From a virus (taxonomy: Duplodnaviria > Caudoviricetes), in IMG/VR virus record IMGVR_UViG_3300002092_002327, positions 1-43,541 of that record: a stretch of 43,541 nt of DNA; one strand, 5' to 3'. The notes beneath the pieces are model-generated. The model did no database searches. It had not been told where the DNA came from and worked only from the letters and a program-made list of their open reading frames with translations. The position numbers were made by a program, and so were the translations under genes. Position 1 is the stretch's first letter, and each line of letters opens with the position of its first letter. Positions 26,558-35,040 of the stretch are shown here, in pieces.

Positions 26558-27849
26558 CAGGCTACGCCCTGCCGCGGATAGTTGATCGTGCGGTTGAAGT
26601 TCGCACTGCCCGCAGGAGCTTGATAACAGATTGCCATCAGGCCGAACGCATCCGCAGCATGCGACGACCAATCATGATCAGGACCGAGGCCAACATTCCG
26701 TGTTTCGTCTTTCTTTTCATGGTAGAAGCCTAGCGCCTGGCGCCCGTCTTCCGTCGTTGTTTCGTTGAACCACATCTTGGGACCAAGCCGTCTAACCGCC
26801 TCAATCCGCATGGAAGCCGCGCCGCGACCCTGGTTCGGGATGGGCGGCTCACACTTGAAGTCAGCCTCGGCCCAATGATCCCAGTACCGCTTGCCCGTAA
26901 TATTGTTGTCGTTGACGCCATCGTGCGGGAAGTAATTGATGACCTTCTCGTACCCGCGCTCACGCATCCAGTTAACGTGGTAGGCAAGAACCTGCCCAAT
27001 CGACTCGTAGTAATCGAGAACCTTGATCTGCTCTCCGACCCACTGAACAATCCAGATCGTGTAGGCGTCAGCCGTAGCGCCTGACCCGCCGATGTCATGA
27101 AACGCTCGGATTGGCAGAAGCGGGTCGGCCTCTACAACCCCTATCCTGCCCTTGCGCTTGGCTTCAGACAGCAGCCCTGCGAAGTAGGCGCCTTCGAATG
27201 CCCTAGCGTAGTCACCCTCGTAGGTGTGGTCGTAACGCTCCGGGTATCGTTCAGCCTCTAGCTGCCGCTCAGCTTCCAGAACCTCATTCCACCATGGATT
27301 ATCCCGCCAGTTGGCCTGGATAACCACAGCGCCTTTAGGGGCACCCTCAGGACCGCGCAGGAATTGCTCGATCGCGTCCTGCTTACGGGTAGGGTTCCAA
27401 CTCGCCCAGATCTCCGAGCCTTCAGCGCGGATTGTCGGGCGCAACAACGAAAGACTGCGGGCGCTCAGTGTCTGAGCCTCCTCAATCCACGCGACCTTGA
27501 ATCCCTCCAGCGACTTGATCGACTCGGCGCTGTGGTCCTGCATACCCTGGAAGATGATCAGCCCGCCGCCGGGCGTTTCAATCTTGTCATTGAAGATGCG
27601 GAACTTATCTCCGACCCCCAGCGTTGCGATCTTGCCTTCAATCAATTGCTTTGACGATTGCGCCAAAGTCTTTTGGACTTCACGAATGCAGATGACACGA
27701 AGTCCCGGCTCCTGCAGACACCGGACAACAATCTCTTCCGCGAAGAAGTGGCTCTTGCCCGAGCCGCGGCCACCATGAGCGCCCTTATACCGCGAGGGGC
27801 TGAGCAGCGCCTTGAACGCCCTAGCTGTCTCTCGCCTTAGGATCGACAA
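26557..27849 (-). CDS. terL: Terminase large subunit (PBSX/Terminase_3 type)
   Basis: GGRGSGKS Walker A; WIEEA Walker B; SWNP; HD..SH.ADA nuclease motif. Confidence 0.95.
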   Translation of the reverse strand: MSILRRETARAFKALLSPSRYKGAHGGRGSGKSHFFAEEIVVRCLQEPGLRVICIREVQKTLAQSSKQLIEGKIATLGVGDKFRIFNDKIETPGGGLIIFQGMQDHSAESIKSLEGFKVAWIEEAQTLSARSLSLLRPTIRAEGSEIWASWNPTRKQDAIEQFLRGPEGAPKGAVVIQANWRDNPWWNEVLEAERQLEAERYPERYDHTYEGDYARAFEGAYFAGLLSEAKRKGRIGVVEADPLLPIRAFHDIGGSGATADAYTIWIVQWVGEQIKVLDYYESIGQVLAYHVNWMRERGYEKVINYFPHDGVNDNNITGKRYWDHWAEADFKCEPPIPNQGRGAASMRIEAVRRLGPKMWFNETTTEDGRQALGFYHEKKDETRNVGLGPDHDWSSHAADAFGLMAICYQAPAGSANFNRTINYPRQGVA

Positions 27850-28096
27850 TGACTGTCTCGATTCTGTGGAGAATTTCCAGCGCTCCGTCCTCGCCATTCT
27901 CGATAGCCTGGGCTGGCTTGCCGTCCATTCGGTCGCCGATCTCTTTAATGGCGTCCATCTTGCCCTCAGATGCCGCGGCGATCAGAGAGCGGGCAATACC
28001 GCGGAGAGCCTTGGAATCTTCTCCAAGGGCCGCTAATTCCATCCTGAGCGCGTCCCTGAACGGTTTGTCGCGCTGCTGTCCTCTTGGGTTTGCCAT
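27821..28096 (-). CDS. terS: Terminase small subunit (putative)
   Basis: NPRG...AIKEIGDRMDGKPAQ; directly upstream of and overlapping terL. Confidence 0.7.
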   Translation of the reverse strand: MANPRGQQRDKPFRDALRMELAALGEDSKALRGIARSLIAAASEGKMDAIKEIGDRMDGKPAQAIENGEDGALEILHRIETVIVDPKARDS

Positions 28097-28121
28097 TTGT
28101 ACAATTAACTATTTGAAATGT

Positions 28122-28346
28122 TTAAGCCGGCCCGCCGTTGCTGAACTCGGCGAACTCCTGCAATGCAGCGTCGGCCTCCTGCTCCATGACGGTCGCTACC
28201 CGCTCGATCTCGGCAGATACCTCTTCATGCTTCTTGCCGGCGTCGTCCAGCTTGGCAATCGCCTGATCGCGGCGCTCCTTGCCTGCTTTCTTGATCGCAT
28301 CCATGCGGGCTCTAATCGCCCCTGGCTCGTATCCTGAAACGCTCAT
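28122..28346 (-). CDS. Helical hypothetical protein (74 aa); possible C-terminal part of a frameshift fusion
   Basis: ATGA overlap; its frame is open upstream to the A9 run. Confidence 0.7.
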   Translation of the reverse strand: MSVSGYEPGAIRARMDAIKKAGKERRDQAIAKLDDAGKKHEEVSAEIERVATVMEQEADAALQEFAEFSNGGPA

Positions 28347-28648
28347 GCCTGTGATCTCGTCAATGGCTGTAATTGGATGCTCGAACGCTGTTCTTTTTTT
28401 TTAAGCTCCAGCGCGGCTTCGATGTCCGAGGCAGTGGCGTCCGGGCCAACTTCAACCTCATCCTCTCCGATCACGAAGATCTGGGTGCGCCCGCCCTGCC
28501 CATAGCGCATGACCATTTTGTCCCCGCCGGGGATATGTTTCAGCGCTACTCGGAATGCCTGGATGCTCATCTGCTGTTCTGCGTTGGTGTCATGAACCGC
28601 TATCGCTAGGCGAGCAGCAAACCAGTCAAGGTTTTGCTGGCTTATCAC
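28343..28648 (-). CDS. Hypothetical protein (101 aa) containing an A9 slippery run
   Basis: GTGA coupling; CTT AAA AAA AAA GAA. Confidence 0.7.
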   Translation of the reverse strand: MISQQNLDWFAARLAIAVHDTNAEQQMSIQAFRVALKHIPGGDKMVMRYGQGGRTQIFVIGEDEVEVGPDATASDIEAALELKKKEQRSSIQLQPLTRSQA

Positions 28649-28812
28649 GCCGGATCGTAGTCAGCGCCCAACCCGTAGGGCCAACCGAGCGCCGCCTCCC
28701 CAACCTTCTCGGTTACTGGCGCGCTGCTGCCGGTCAGGGCTAGCTGCTTCTCGGCCATAAGCTCTTCCAGGCGCGCCTTGATGGCTGCGGAATCGTCTGC
28801 AAGGTAGCTCAT
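28645..28812 (-). CDS. Hypothetical protein (55 aa, MSYLADDSAAIKARLEEL...)
   Basis: Read manually; 4-nt overlaps at both ends. Confidence 0.65.
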   Translation of the reverse strand: MSYLADDSAAIKARLEELMAEKQLALTGSSAPVTEKVGEAALGWPYGLGADYDPA

Positions 28813-29006
28813 GCCGGATCCCCCAAATCCATCCCATCGATGCCCATGCCGTGATACGGGATCATTTCCGAGGGTGACGCGTCCGTAAATCCTACCGTTT
28901 CCACAAACGGCTGCAGAATAGCCGCTGCCTCTCGCTCTAGAGCCTGGCGCATGCGCTCTAGGTCTTTCGGATTCTGAAAATCCCGGAGTTGGATCAAATC
29001 ACCCAT
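28809..29006 (-). CDS. Hypothetical protein (65 aa), first late gene
   Basis: GGAGA RBS. Confidence 0.7.
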   Translation of the reverse strand: MGDLIQLRDFQNPKDLERMRQALEREAAAILQPFVETVGFTDASPSEMIPYHGMGIDGMDLGDPA

Positions 29007-29093
29007 CGAGTTCTCCGTAAATTAGCGGGGCTCGCGCAACCATCTTCGCGGTTAGGGGTAACGCTAGGATGCCAGCCCCTCTGCATTGGATCC

Positions 29094-29759
29094 TTATGCA
29101 GCAACAGTTCCGGGGACGCGGCCGTGATGGGCCTGATTAGGAGGGACCCCGTTGGCCCGCGAACGTCCGGAATTGCTTTCCATACTCACAATGATCTTGC
29201 GCATCTTCTTCAATGCCCGCTCCAGCGCGCGCCAAACCCTCAGGTACGAGGTGCGCATTTCCCGTGCGGCTTCAGTGATAGTCATGGCCGGATCACGCAA
29301 ATAGGCCAGTTGGACGGCTTTCCGCTCCATTGGAGTGAGCGAAATAAATGCCGCCTCGAACTTCTCTTTCTTGTCGCGGATATCGTCGAAATGGGCCGCC
29401 AGGTTCTCCGGCGAGCCATCAAAATTCTCTGGCCAAATTTCGTAGATCGCTCGGGCGTTACCAGAGTAGCCCCAGCTCTCCCAGTATTTGACCTCATCGG
29501 ATTCGGTTAACTCAACGTTATCCTTGGCATAGTTGCCCGACCGAATGGCGTTCGAAATCTCAGTGCGAATCCTTGCCGACGCATGAGCTGAAAATCGGCC
29601 CAGGTTCTCGTCAAAGGTCCTCGCGGCCACGGTCAGACCAATGCGGCCAATAGCGATCAGATCCTCGTACTCAATATCAGCACCGCGGAAATCTGCCGCA
29701 ACGGTGGCCACCAACGGCATATTGTCGATGATTAGCCGATTTTGCTCTGCTTCAGTCAA
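29094..29759 (-). CDS. Sigma-70 family RNA polymerase sigma factor
   Basis: Region 2 NMPLV...A.....EDLIAIG.IGL..AA..FD...GRFS.HA...IR; region 4 LTPMERKAV.L.Y...T..EAA. Confidence 0.88.
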   Translation of the reverse strand: MTEAEQNRLIIDNMPLVATVAADFRGADIEYEDLIAIGRIGLTVAARTFDENLGRFSAHASARIRTEISNAIRSGNYAKDNVELTESDEVKYWESWGYSGNARAIYEIWPENFDGSPENLAAHFDDIRDKKEKFEAAFISLTPMERKAVQLAYLRDPAMTITEAAREMRTSYLRVWRALERALKKMRKIIVSMESNSGRSRANGVPPNQAHHGRVPGTVAA

Positions 29760-29884
29760 GAAAACCCCCTGATTTCTGTCCTGCTCACCCCCTACTCTCT
29801 CAACTGACGGGAGATTTTATCACTTCCACGAACTTTTATTTTGCCGGCCCCGATAATTTGGGGCCAAACCTGAGAGTGTGATGC

Positions 29885-31393
29885 TTAGTAGCCGGTCTCG
29901 TAGTCGATCGATTGATAGCGGCCTTCACTCAACTTGAAGTCCAACTTCAGCTTGCACGGATGGCCCAACTCCTCGAAGCGGGCCTTCCTCTGGTAGAGGT
30001 GCGCCTCGGTCTTCCGATTGGTGCCGTCGAAGATCTCGGGCCGATGCACCACAAAACCCTGATCGACCATGTTTTCCCAGTTCTTGGAGCCTGAGATATC
30101 CTCCAGTCCCGGCGCCTGCCCGCGGCGCGTCCCGTCCATCTTCGCCGGGTGGGCCAGTATTTGTACGTGGCAATTCATGTCGTGTGCGAAGGCGTGAAGC
30201 GTCCGCAGGCATCGACCAATGTATTCAGTCTCGCTCTCGTCCCGGCCTCTCGACGCCTCCAGCCTGTTCCACGGGTCTGCCTGGATGATCCGCGCGCCGT
30301 GCCGGACGACGGCGATTTCGGCCATGTCCAGAAACCACTCAAGCGTCGGGCGCTGCTCAGGATGAACGAGAAACAGATACCGCTCGTTGATCCACTTATC
30401 GGCCGTCTTCTTGTCCTCGGGCGAAAGGTCCTTCTCCAGCTTGTGGGTCAGCAGCGTTCGCAGTTGCCGCCGCAGATGAGGCTTGGGCCGCGTTTCAAAG
30501 GACGCCACGCACGCCGGCACGCCGTATTGCTGCGCCACCTGAAACCAGATTTGCGCCCATAGCGCTGTCTTGCCGTGGCCAGGATGGCCGGTCACCACGC
30601 TCAAGGTCCGCGGCGCAAGCCTGACCTTGCTTTCCCACTCGGGGAAGCCCGGCTCCCACAGAACGAGCGGTGGCGGCTCAGGAAGCTCGTCCAGGCGATA
30701 GATGCCCGCGATGGGCCATTGCAGCGCCCCATCGGTCACAAGCTCACACAGCGCCTCCGCGCCGTCTTTGACGAGGTATTCGTTCGCGTCCTTGATGCCT
30801 TCCGGCCAATCGACAAACCAGAACCGGGCGGCTCCGAGGATCCGCACCATGTCAGCCCGCAGCGCGTGGCCACTCCCGTCCGCATCGCCGCACCACACGA
30901 ACCTTTTGACTTTCGAAAGTCCGGCGGTAAGTGCGTCCTTTACGTAGTCGTATCCCCGCATTTCCTGCGGATCTTCGGCGGGCTTGGCCTTGGCTCCGTT
31001 CGGAACGGACAGAACGCGATCGGGCGGGATCCCGGCCTCAACCAGCGCGCAGGCATCAAGTTCACCTTCGACGATGTAGACCTCGGCCGGTGCCGCCTTT
31101 AGCACTCGTTCCAAATTCCAGAATGAAAGCTTGAACCCGCCGCCGGCCGTGAACTCCTTCTCCGGATATGCCCGCGCCTTCCAGCCCTCCTTGAACTGGA
31201 AGAACAGGGCCTCGGACTTGCGGTTCAAGTCACGAAAGAATGCCGTACCGGAGGCGACGGGAAGCAGCGCCAAGGTCTCCAGGCTTAGCTTGCGCTCCTT
31301 TTGCGCCCAGTCGGCCGCGGCCGGACTGATCCGCGAAGACGGCGCCGTGCCAACCGCAGTGCCAGCAGTGATATTTTCCTGAAGTCCCATCAA
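29885..31393 (-). CDS. TOPRIM primase-DnaB-like helicase (T7 gp4/Twinkle-like); start uncertain
   Basis: IVEGELDA, SVPNGA, DADGSG and KDANE; TGHPGHGKT Walker A; DPWN, AHPAK and ISGS. Confidence 0.9.
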   Translation of the reverse strand: MMGLQENITAGTAVGTAPSSRISPAAADWAQKERKLSLETLALLPVASGTAFFRDLNRKSEALFFQFKEGWKARAYPEKEFTAGGGFKLSFWNLERVLKAAPAEVYIVEGELDACALVEAGIPPDRVLSVPNGAKAKPAEDPQEMRGYDYVKDALTAGLSKVKRFVWCGDADGSGHALRADMVRILGAARFWFVDWPEGIKDANEYLVKDGAEALCELVTDGALQWPIAGIYRLDELPEPPPLVLWEPGFPEWESKVRLAPRTLSVVTGHPGHGKTALWAQIWFQVAQQYGVPACVASFETRPKPHLRRQLRTLLTHKLEKDLSPEDKKTADKWINERYLFLVHPEQRPTLEWFLDMAEIAVVRHGARIIQADPWNRLEASRGRDESETEYIGRCLRTLHAFAHDMNCHVQILAHPAKMDGTRRGQAPGLEDISGSKNWENMVDQGFVVHRPEIFDGTNRKTEAHLYQRKARFEELGHPCKLKLDFKLSEGRYQSIDYETGY

Positions 31394-31520
31394 TATTAAC
31401 CCCTAAGCAGCGGTCCCGCTTTTTGCGTCGTGTCGGGCTGCACTGCGGGCACATCACCCGCTGCTCGCCCATCTTGTTTCGCGCCTTGATGCCTAACCGT
31501 TCGAGCTGTTCGATCACCAT
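31230..31520 (-). CDS. Primase zinc-binding domain protein
   Basis: CPQCS..RRKKRDRCL.V......YHCWHCGWHG. Confidence 0.8.
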   Translation of the reverse strand: MVIEQLERLGIKARNKMGEQRVMCPQCSPTRRKKRDRCLGVNIDGTSGKYHCWHCGWHGAVFADQSGRGRLGAKGAQAKPGDLGAASRRLRYGILS

Positions 31521-32215
31521 GCTTCGCCCCTTGCCCTGAGGTCATCCTTCGCGCTGGTGGCGGCTTTGGCCAATGCGGCTTTGTGTTCCTTCTCCAACCA
31601 GCGGGAGACGGGGAAAAACCACTTGCCTTCCTTGGGCGGGTTCTCCGAGTAATAATCGTCCGCTGCTTGGAGCGTCGCGCCGATGTCGATCAGCGCCGAA
31701 TACGTTTTGCGCCAACGGTCGAGGTCTTGCTGAGAGAGTTTGACCAGCCGGCCTTCGAAGGCGTACTGGCGCGAAAGAGGGACAACATTGTCCGGCGGCG
31801 CGTCAGCGCCCCCTACTTCTTCTTTCTTTGTTAAGTGTGAAGTGTGAAGTGTGTCTGCATTAGCAGGTGCAATTGCACTCGGTTTGCACTCGTCTTGCAC
31901 CCTCAATTGTGCCTGTCTCGCGGCGGCTACCGCGCTTCTTTTCGCTGAAACATCAACGGCGTGAGCAAGTTCACGATCTATTCTTTTGTGTTTCCACCCC
32001 TCCTGGAAGAGAGCCTTAAGCGTGTCGCGGTGCCTCCTCCATTCGTGAGGGGTCAGTCGGGCTATCCGGGCCAATTGCCCCTCGTCGGAGGGGAGTTTAC
32101 CGTTCTGCCAATAGTCCATAATGAGGTGCAGATAGGCGCCCGAAAGAAGCGCGCCGAGATGCGTCGTGTCCTTCAGATAGTCAGCGATGTAGAGCGGCAT
32201 CCAGGGGCGCTTCAT
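31514..32215 (-). CDS. Replication initiator, DUF1376/YdaU family
   Basis: WMPLYIADYL.DT.HL...GAY..L...YW..G.LP.D...LARIA; WKHKRID.EL. Confidence 0.88.
   Translation of the reverse strand: MKRPWMPLYIADYLKDTTHLGALLSGAYLHLIMDYWQNGKLPSDEGQLARIARLTPHEWRRHRDTLKALFQEGWKHKRIDRELAHAVDVSAKRSAVAAARQAQLRVQDECKPSAIAPANADTLHTSHLTKKEEVGGADAPPDNVVPLSRQYAFEGRLVKLSQQDLDRWRKTYSALIDIGATLQAADDYYSENPPKEGKWFFPVSRWLEKEHKAALAKAATSAKDDLRARGEAW
31817..31905. repeat. Putative replication origin iterons inside the initiator gene
   Basis: TTGCAC at 31873, 31884 and 31895 (11-bp period), (AAGTGTG)x3 and an adjacent T-rich tract. Confidence 0.6.
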
Positions 32216-32403
32216 GCCGCGTCACCCATGTAGGCGCGGACGGCCTCGGCGATGATCGTCTCGGGCTTGTTGCCGGTCTTCGTCGCTTCCGCCATCAAGG
32301 CAACGGCCAAGGATCCGGCGATCTTCACCTCAAAATTCACGGGTTGGAGTCGGTCTACAATCCTGGCGGTGATGTCGCCAAGCTTCTGCCAATTATCGGT
32401 CAC
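32212..32403 (-). CDS. Small ribbon-helix-helix-like protein
   Basis: L..EA...G..PETIIAEAVRAY; coupled at both ends. Confidence 0.65.
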   Translation of the reverse strand: MTDNWQKLGDITARIVDRLQPVNFEVKIAGSLAVALMAEATKTGNKPETIIAEAVRAYMGDAA

Positions 32404-32786
32404 GCGGCCTCCGGGGAGTCCTTGGTTTCGGGAACGCGGTTCACTGCACCAAACACTTCGTACTCCCAGCCGCCGCCGGACTTCTTAGAGCGCTGCTTTG
32501 CCGCCATGAACCGGAACGGGTACATCTCGGCCGCCACCTTGATCTTCACGCGGGCGTCATCCATCCAGAAGCCCTTGCACTCGTGACACTCGATCACCCC
32601 GTCATCGCGCATAACCGCGAAGTCCGGCGTGAAGAAGGTCTTGTCAGCCAAGCGCAGCTTCAGGCCCTCGAACCGATACCACTGCACCTGACCGGCGCGT
32701 TTAAGCCCCTCAAGCACAGCGGCGTAGGCAATCTCGGTCTTGTTCATTTGGCCAACCGGCAGGCGACCGAGTGCGAAGTGCTTCAT
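32400..32786 (-). CDS. DUF1064-like PD-(D/E)XK endonuclease
   Basis: MNKTE..YA; FTPDF...HECKGFW. Confidence 0.8.
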   Translation of the reverse strand: MKHFALGRLPVGQMNKTEIAYAAVLEGLKRAGQVQWYRFEGLKLRLADKTFFTPDFAVMRDDGVIECHECKGFWMDDARVKIKVAAEMYPFRFMAAKQRSKKSGGGWEYEVFGAVNRVPETKDSPEAA

Positions 32787-32980
32787 TGCTTTGGCCTCAA
32801 TGCGAGTTCATAGCCGAGCGCGTCAGCCCATTTCGTCAGCGTGGTCAGTGTTGGATTGCGCCAGCCGTTCTCCAGGCTGTTCATGTACGAGCGGGAGTTG
32901 ATGCCGGACAGAAGCGACAGCGCGTCTTGGCTGCACTTCTGTTCCTCCCGGATCTTGCGAAGCTCCGCGACAATCTTCAT
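32783..32980 (-). CDS. XRE-family HTH regulator
   Basis: LRKIREEQKCSQDAL...LENGWRNPTLTTL.KWADALG. Confidence 0.85.
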   Translation of the reverse strand: MKIVAELRKIREEQKCSQDALSLLSGINSRSYMNSLENGWRNPTLTTLTKWADALGYELALRPKQ

Positions 32981-33516
32981 GCTGCCCTCACTATCGCGCG
33001 ATAGACGGGCACGCGCGGCTTTTCCCGGCAAAGAACATGGTGCGGCGTGCAGTAGCTGGAGCCATCCTGCTTGGAATGACCGCAGTAGGTTACTGTATCG
33101 TCGCCATAAGGATATCGGCAGTCGCCGGGTTCAAGATCGAGCAACGTCAAATGTCGCGGCTCAATCTCGACACAGCGCAACTTGTACTGCGCCATTTCGA
33201 CCGTCTTGATGACCCGCATGGCGTTGCTGTTCGCGTTCGCACGCACAATGCGGTCAACGATAAGATGGTGGCCCTTGTTGGCCGTGGACTTCTTGGGCTT
33301 CCGCACATACGGCGGACGCTTCGGCTTGTCCGGCGGCGTCAGGTTGAGCCGCTGCACCTTGCCGACGATGGCGTTCTTGGTGTGCGCCGTCCCGAACTGC
33401 TTGTTCAGTTCCTCGGCAATTAGCCGGTAGACCATCCCGCTCGCAAGCAGGCGAGTTAGTTCGGCGCAATGGTCGTCATGCCATTGCGCGCCGCCGTTCG
33501 GATTATTGTTAGGCAC
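32977..33516 (-). CDS. gcrA: GcrA cell-cycle regulator family protein
   Basis: W.DD....L..L...G.....IA.......TKNAIVGKVQRL; LLDL...CRYPYGD....YCG......YC..H. Confidence 0.85.
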   Translation of the reverse strand: MPNNNPNGGAQWHDDHCAELTRLLASGMVYRLIAEELNKQFGTAHTKNAIVGKVQRLNLTPPDKPKRPPYVRKPKKSTANKGHHLIVDRIVRANANSNAMRVIKTVEMAQYKLRCVEIEPRHLTLLDLEPGDCRYPYGDDTVTYCGHSKQDGSSYCTPHHVLCREKPRVPVYRAIVRAA

Positions 33517-33579
33517 TTTCCCCTACCCTCTGTTGCCCGCGCGATGTGATGACTGGCGGGCCGTTAGTTGCCCCTGATC

Positions 33580-33924
33580 TCAGGTGCGATCTTGACCGCG
33601 TAGACTGCGCAGAGCGCTGACAAGCGCAGCAGTAGACGGCTTATGAAAATCCGGATCGGAAACGTTAAGTCCCGAAATGATTGATTCCAGTTGTGTTGCA
33701 AGCGCCGACGCCTCTCGTTGAGCTTGAAGAACCTCAACGGCCCTTCGAATGTCGCGTGCAGCCCAATGGTCTGGATCTTTGATCTCCCCATACCAAAGCG
33801 CCTTCACTGTTCGATGCGTAACTGTCGGGACACGCTCACACACCCTGTCCAACCAGCTCGCCCTTGTGTCTCCCCACTCTCTGGGACCGGCTAAAATCGC
33901 AATCTCTCTACGCATGACACTCAC
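33580..33924 (-). CDS. CII-like regulatory protein (putative)
   Basis: Position downstream of cro; R.VKALWYGE HTH-like segment. Confidence 0.55.
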   Translation of the reverse strand: MSVMRREIAILAGPREWGDTRASWLDRVCERVPTVTHRTVKALWYGEIKDPDHWAARDIRRAVEVLQAQREASALATQLESIISGLNVSDPDFHKPSTAALVSALRSLRGQDRT

Positions 33925-34098
33925 CCCTGTTTTGCCTGTCCGGATTGATTTTCCGGATTTTGGAAGCGGTTCGGAAATCGGTTCCGAATTTTGGAAACTC
34001 CGAGTTTTAAAAAATCCCCGTCACCAACGGGGGCCTTCATGAACGACAACACATCCTGGATCTCACTCGCCGCTGCGGTGGCGAATGTCGTGCGATGG

Positions 34099-34299
34099 TT
34101 AGAAGCTGGCGAAAAACATCAGAAAGATCGCGAGCGGCAGACTGCCGACCAGCGCAAGAACGAACGTCACGGCGAACAACACGCTGATGGTGTCCAACGC
34201 GGCTTGAAGAAAAGGCCCTCGACCGAGATCGAGGGAGTTGGACCGGTCGGGAGGAGAGTGACCGGTAACTGAATTGATTTTGCGCCAGTGCATGCTCAT
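34099..34299 (-). CDS. Small membrane protein (66 aa)
   Basis: GAGG RBS and ATGA coupling; long hydrophobic C-terminus. Confidence 0.5.
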   Translation of the reverse strand: MSMHWRKINSVTGHSPPDRSNSLDLGRGPFLQAALDTISVLFAVTFVLALVGSLPLAIFLMFFASF

Positions 34300-34388
34300 C
34301 GCAGCCTCGCGATGGCCAGCTCGGTCAATGCGATCCAGAGCACTTCGCCCGAGATCAAATAGACAACGAAGGCTTCCCAAATGGTCAT
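34296..34388 (-). CDS. Small hydrophobic peptide (30 aa, MTIWEAFVVYLISGEVLWIALTELAIARLR)
   Basis: ATGA overlaps with cro and with the next ORF. Confidence 0.5.
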   Translation of the reverse strand: MTIWEAFVVYLISGEVLWIALTELAIARLR

Positions 34389-34615
34389 CCCACTCGCTCC
34401 GGTTCTGCCGCCGTACGCATCTTCCAGAGCGAGTCCGGCGCTGACTTACCAACCGCGCGGAGTGCATCCGTGAGCACGACGTATGTGTTGGAAGGAAAGC
34501 TGCCCGCGGCACGCCACATTGAAAGCGTGCTGGCTTTGGCGCCTGTCAGCTCGGCAACGCCGGGGTTTTCCCCTAGCGCCTTGAACACTTCTGCGACTGT
34601 TTTTAGATCGTCCAT
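34385..34615 (-). CDS. cro: Cro-like repressor
   Basis: 76 aa; ALG....VAELTG...STLSMWR..G.FP; divergent from cI. Confidence 0.8.
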   Translation of the reverse strand: MDDLKTVAEVFKALGENPGVAELTGAKASTLSMWRAAGSFPSNTYVVLTDALRAVGKSAPDSLWKMRTAAEPERVG

Positions 34616-34621
34616 ACCCGG

Positions 34622-34650
34622 ACGTTATTTCAACTCGGTTGAAATTACAA
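34622..34650 (-). promoter_or_regulatory. pR-like promoter with operator in the spacer
   Basis: TTGTAA-17-TAACGT on the minus strand; palindrome ATTTCAAC-TCG-GTTGAAAT at 34627-34645. Confidence 0.8.
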
Positions 34651-34704
34651 GTGCAAAATAGATTTGATACCAAAAAAGTTGAACTTGCGGCAGTGTTCCG
34701 CCGC

Positions 34705-35040
34705 ATGGCAAAACGCGACCCCAAAGGCAGATTCGCTGATACTGCAATAAGATTGCGGGCGATCCGGCGTGCATCTCCCTACCCGACGCCACCACTTTTT
34801 GCAGAATTTCTTGGAATAACGGTTCCCCGGCTATCCAATTTCGAGAACGGCTACCCGATCTCGATGGATGTGCAGAACCGGATCGTCAAATTAATGCCGA
34901 CGATCAACCGCAGCTACCTTATGGATGGCAACGAGGACGCTCTGACGGGCTTTACCCTTCAGAAGCTCCGGCCCTTGCTCGCCGAGGAAAGCGACACCAC
35001 AAGGCCGCGCTCGCGGTCTAAAGTCGGTTCTGCCGGCTGA
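34705..35040 (+). CDS. cI: CI-like XRE repressor without S24 peptidase domain (111 aa)
   Basis: RLRAIR...FAEFLGITVPRLSNFENG HTH; divergent from cro; flanked by operators. Confidence 0.8.
   Translation: MAKRDPKGRFADTAIRLRAIRRASPYPTPPLFAEFLGITVPRLSNFENGYPISMDVQNRIVKLMPTINRSYLMDGNEDALTGFTLQKLRPLLAEESDTTRPRSRSKVGSAG

Noticed and set aside
28105-28125. TTAA pair upstream of terS as a CtrA box
   Set aside because: Spacing is not 7 nt
29846-29865. GGCCCC/GGGGCC hairpin before the sigma gene
   Set aside because: No U-tract follows on either strand, so it is not called a terminator
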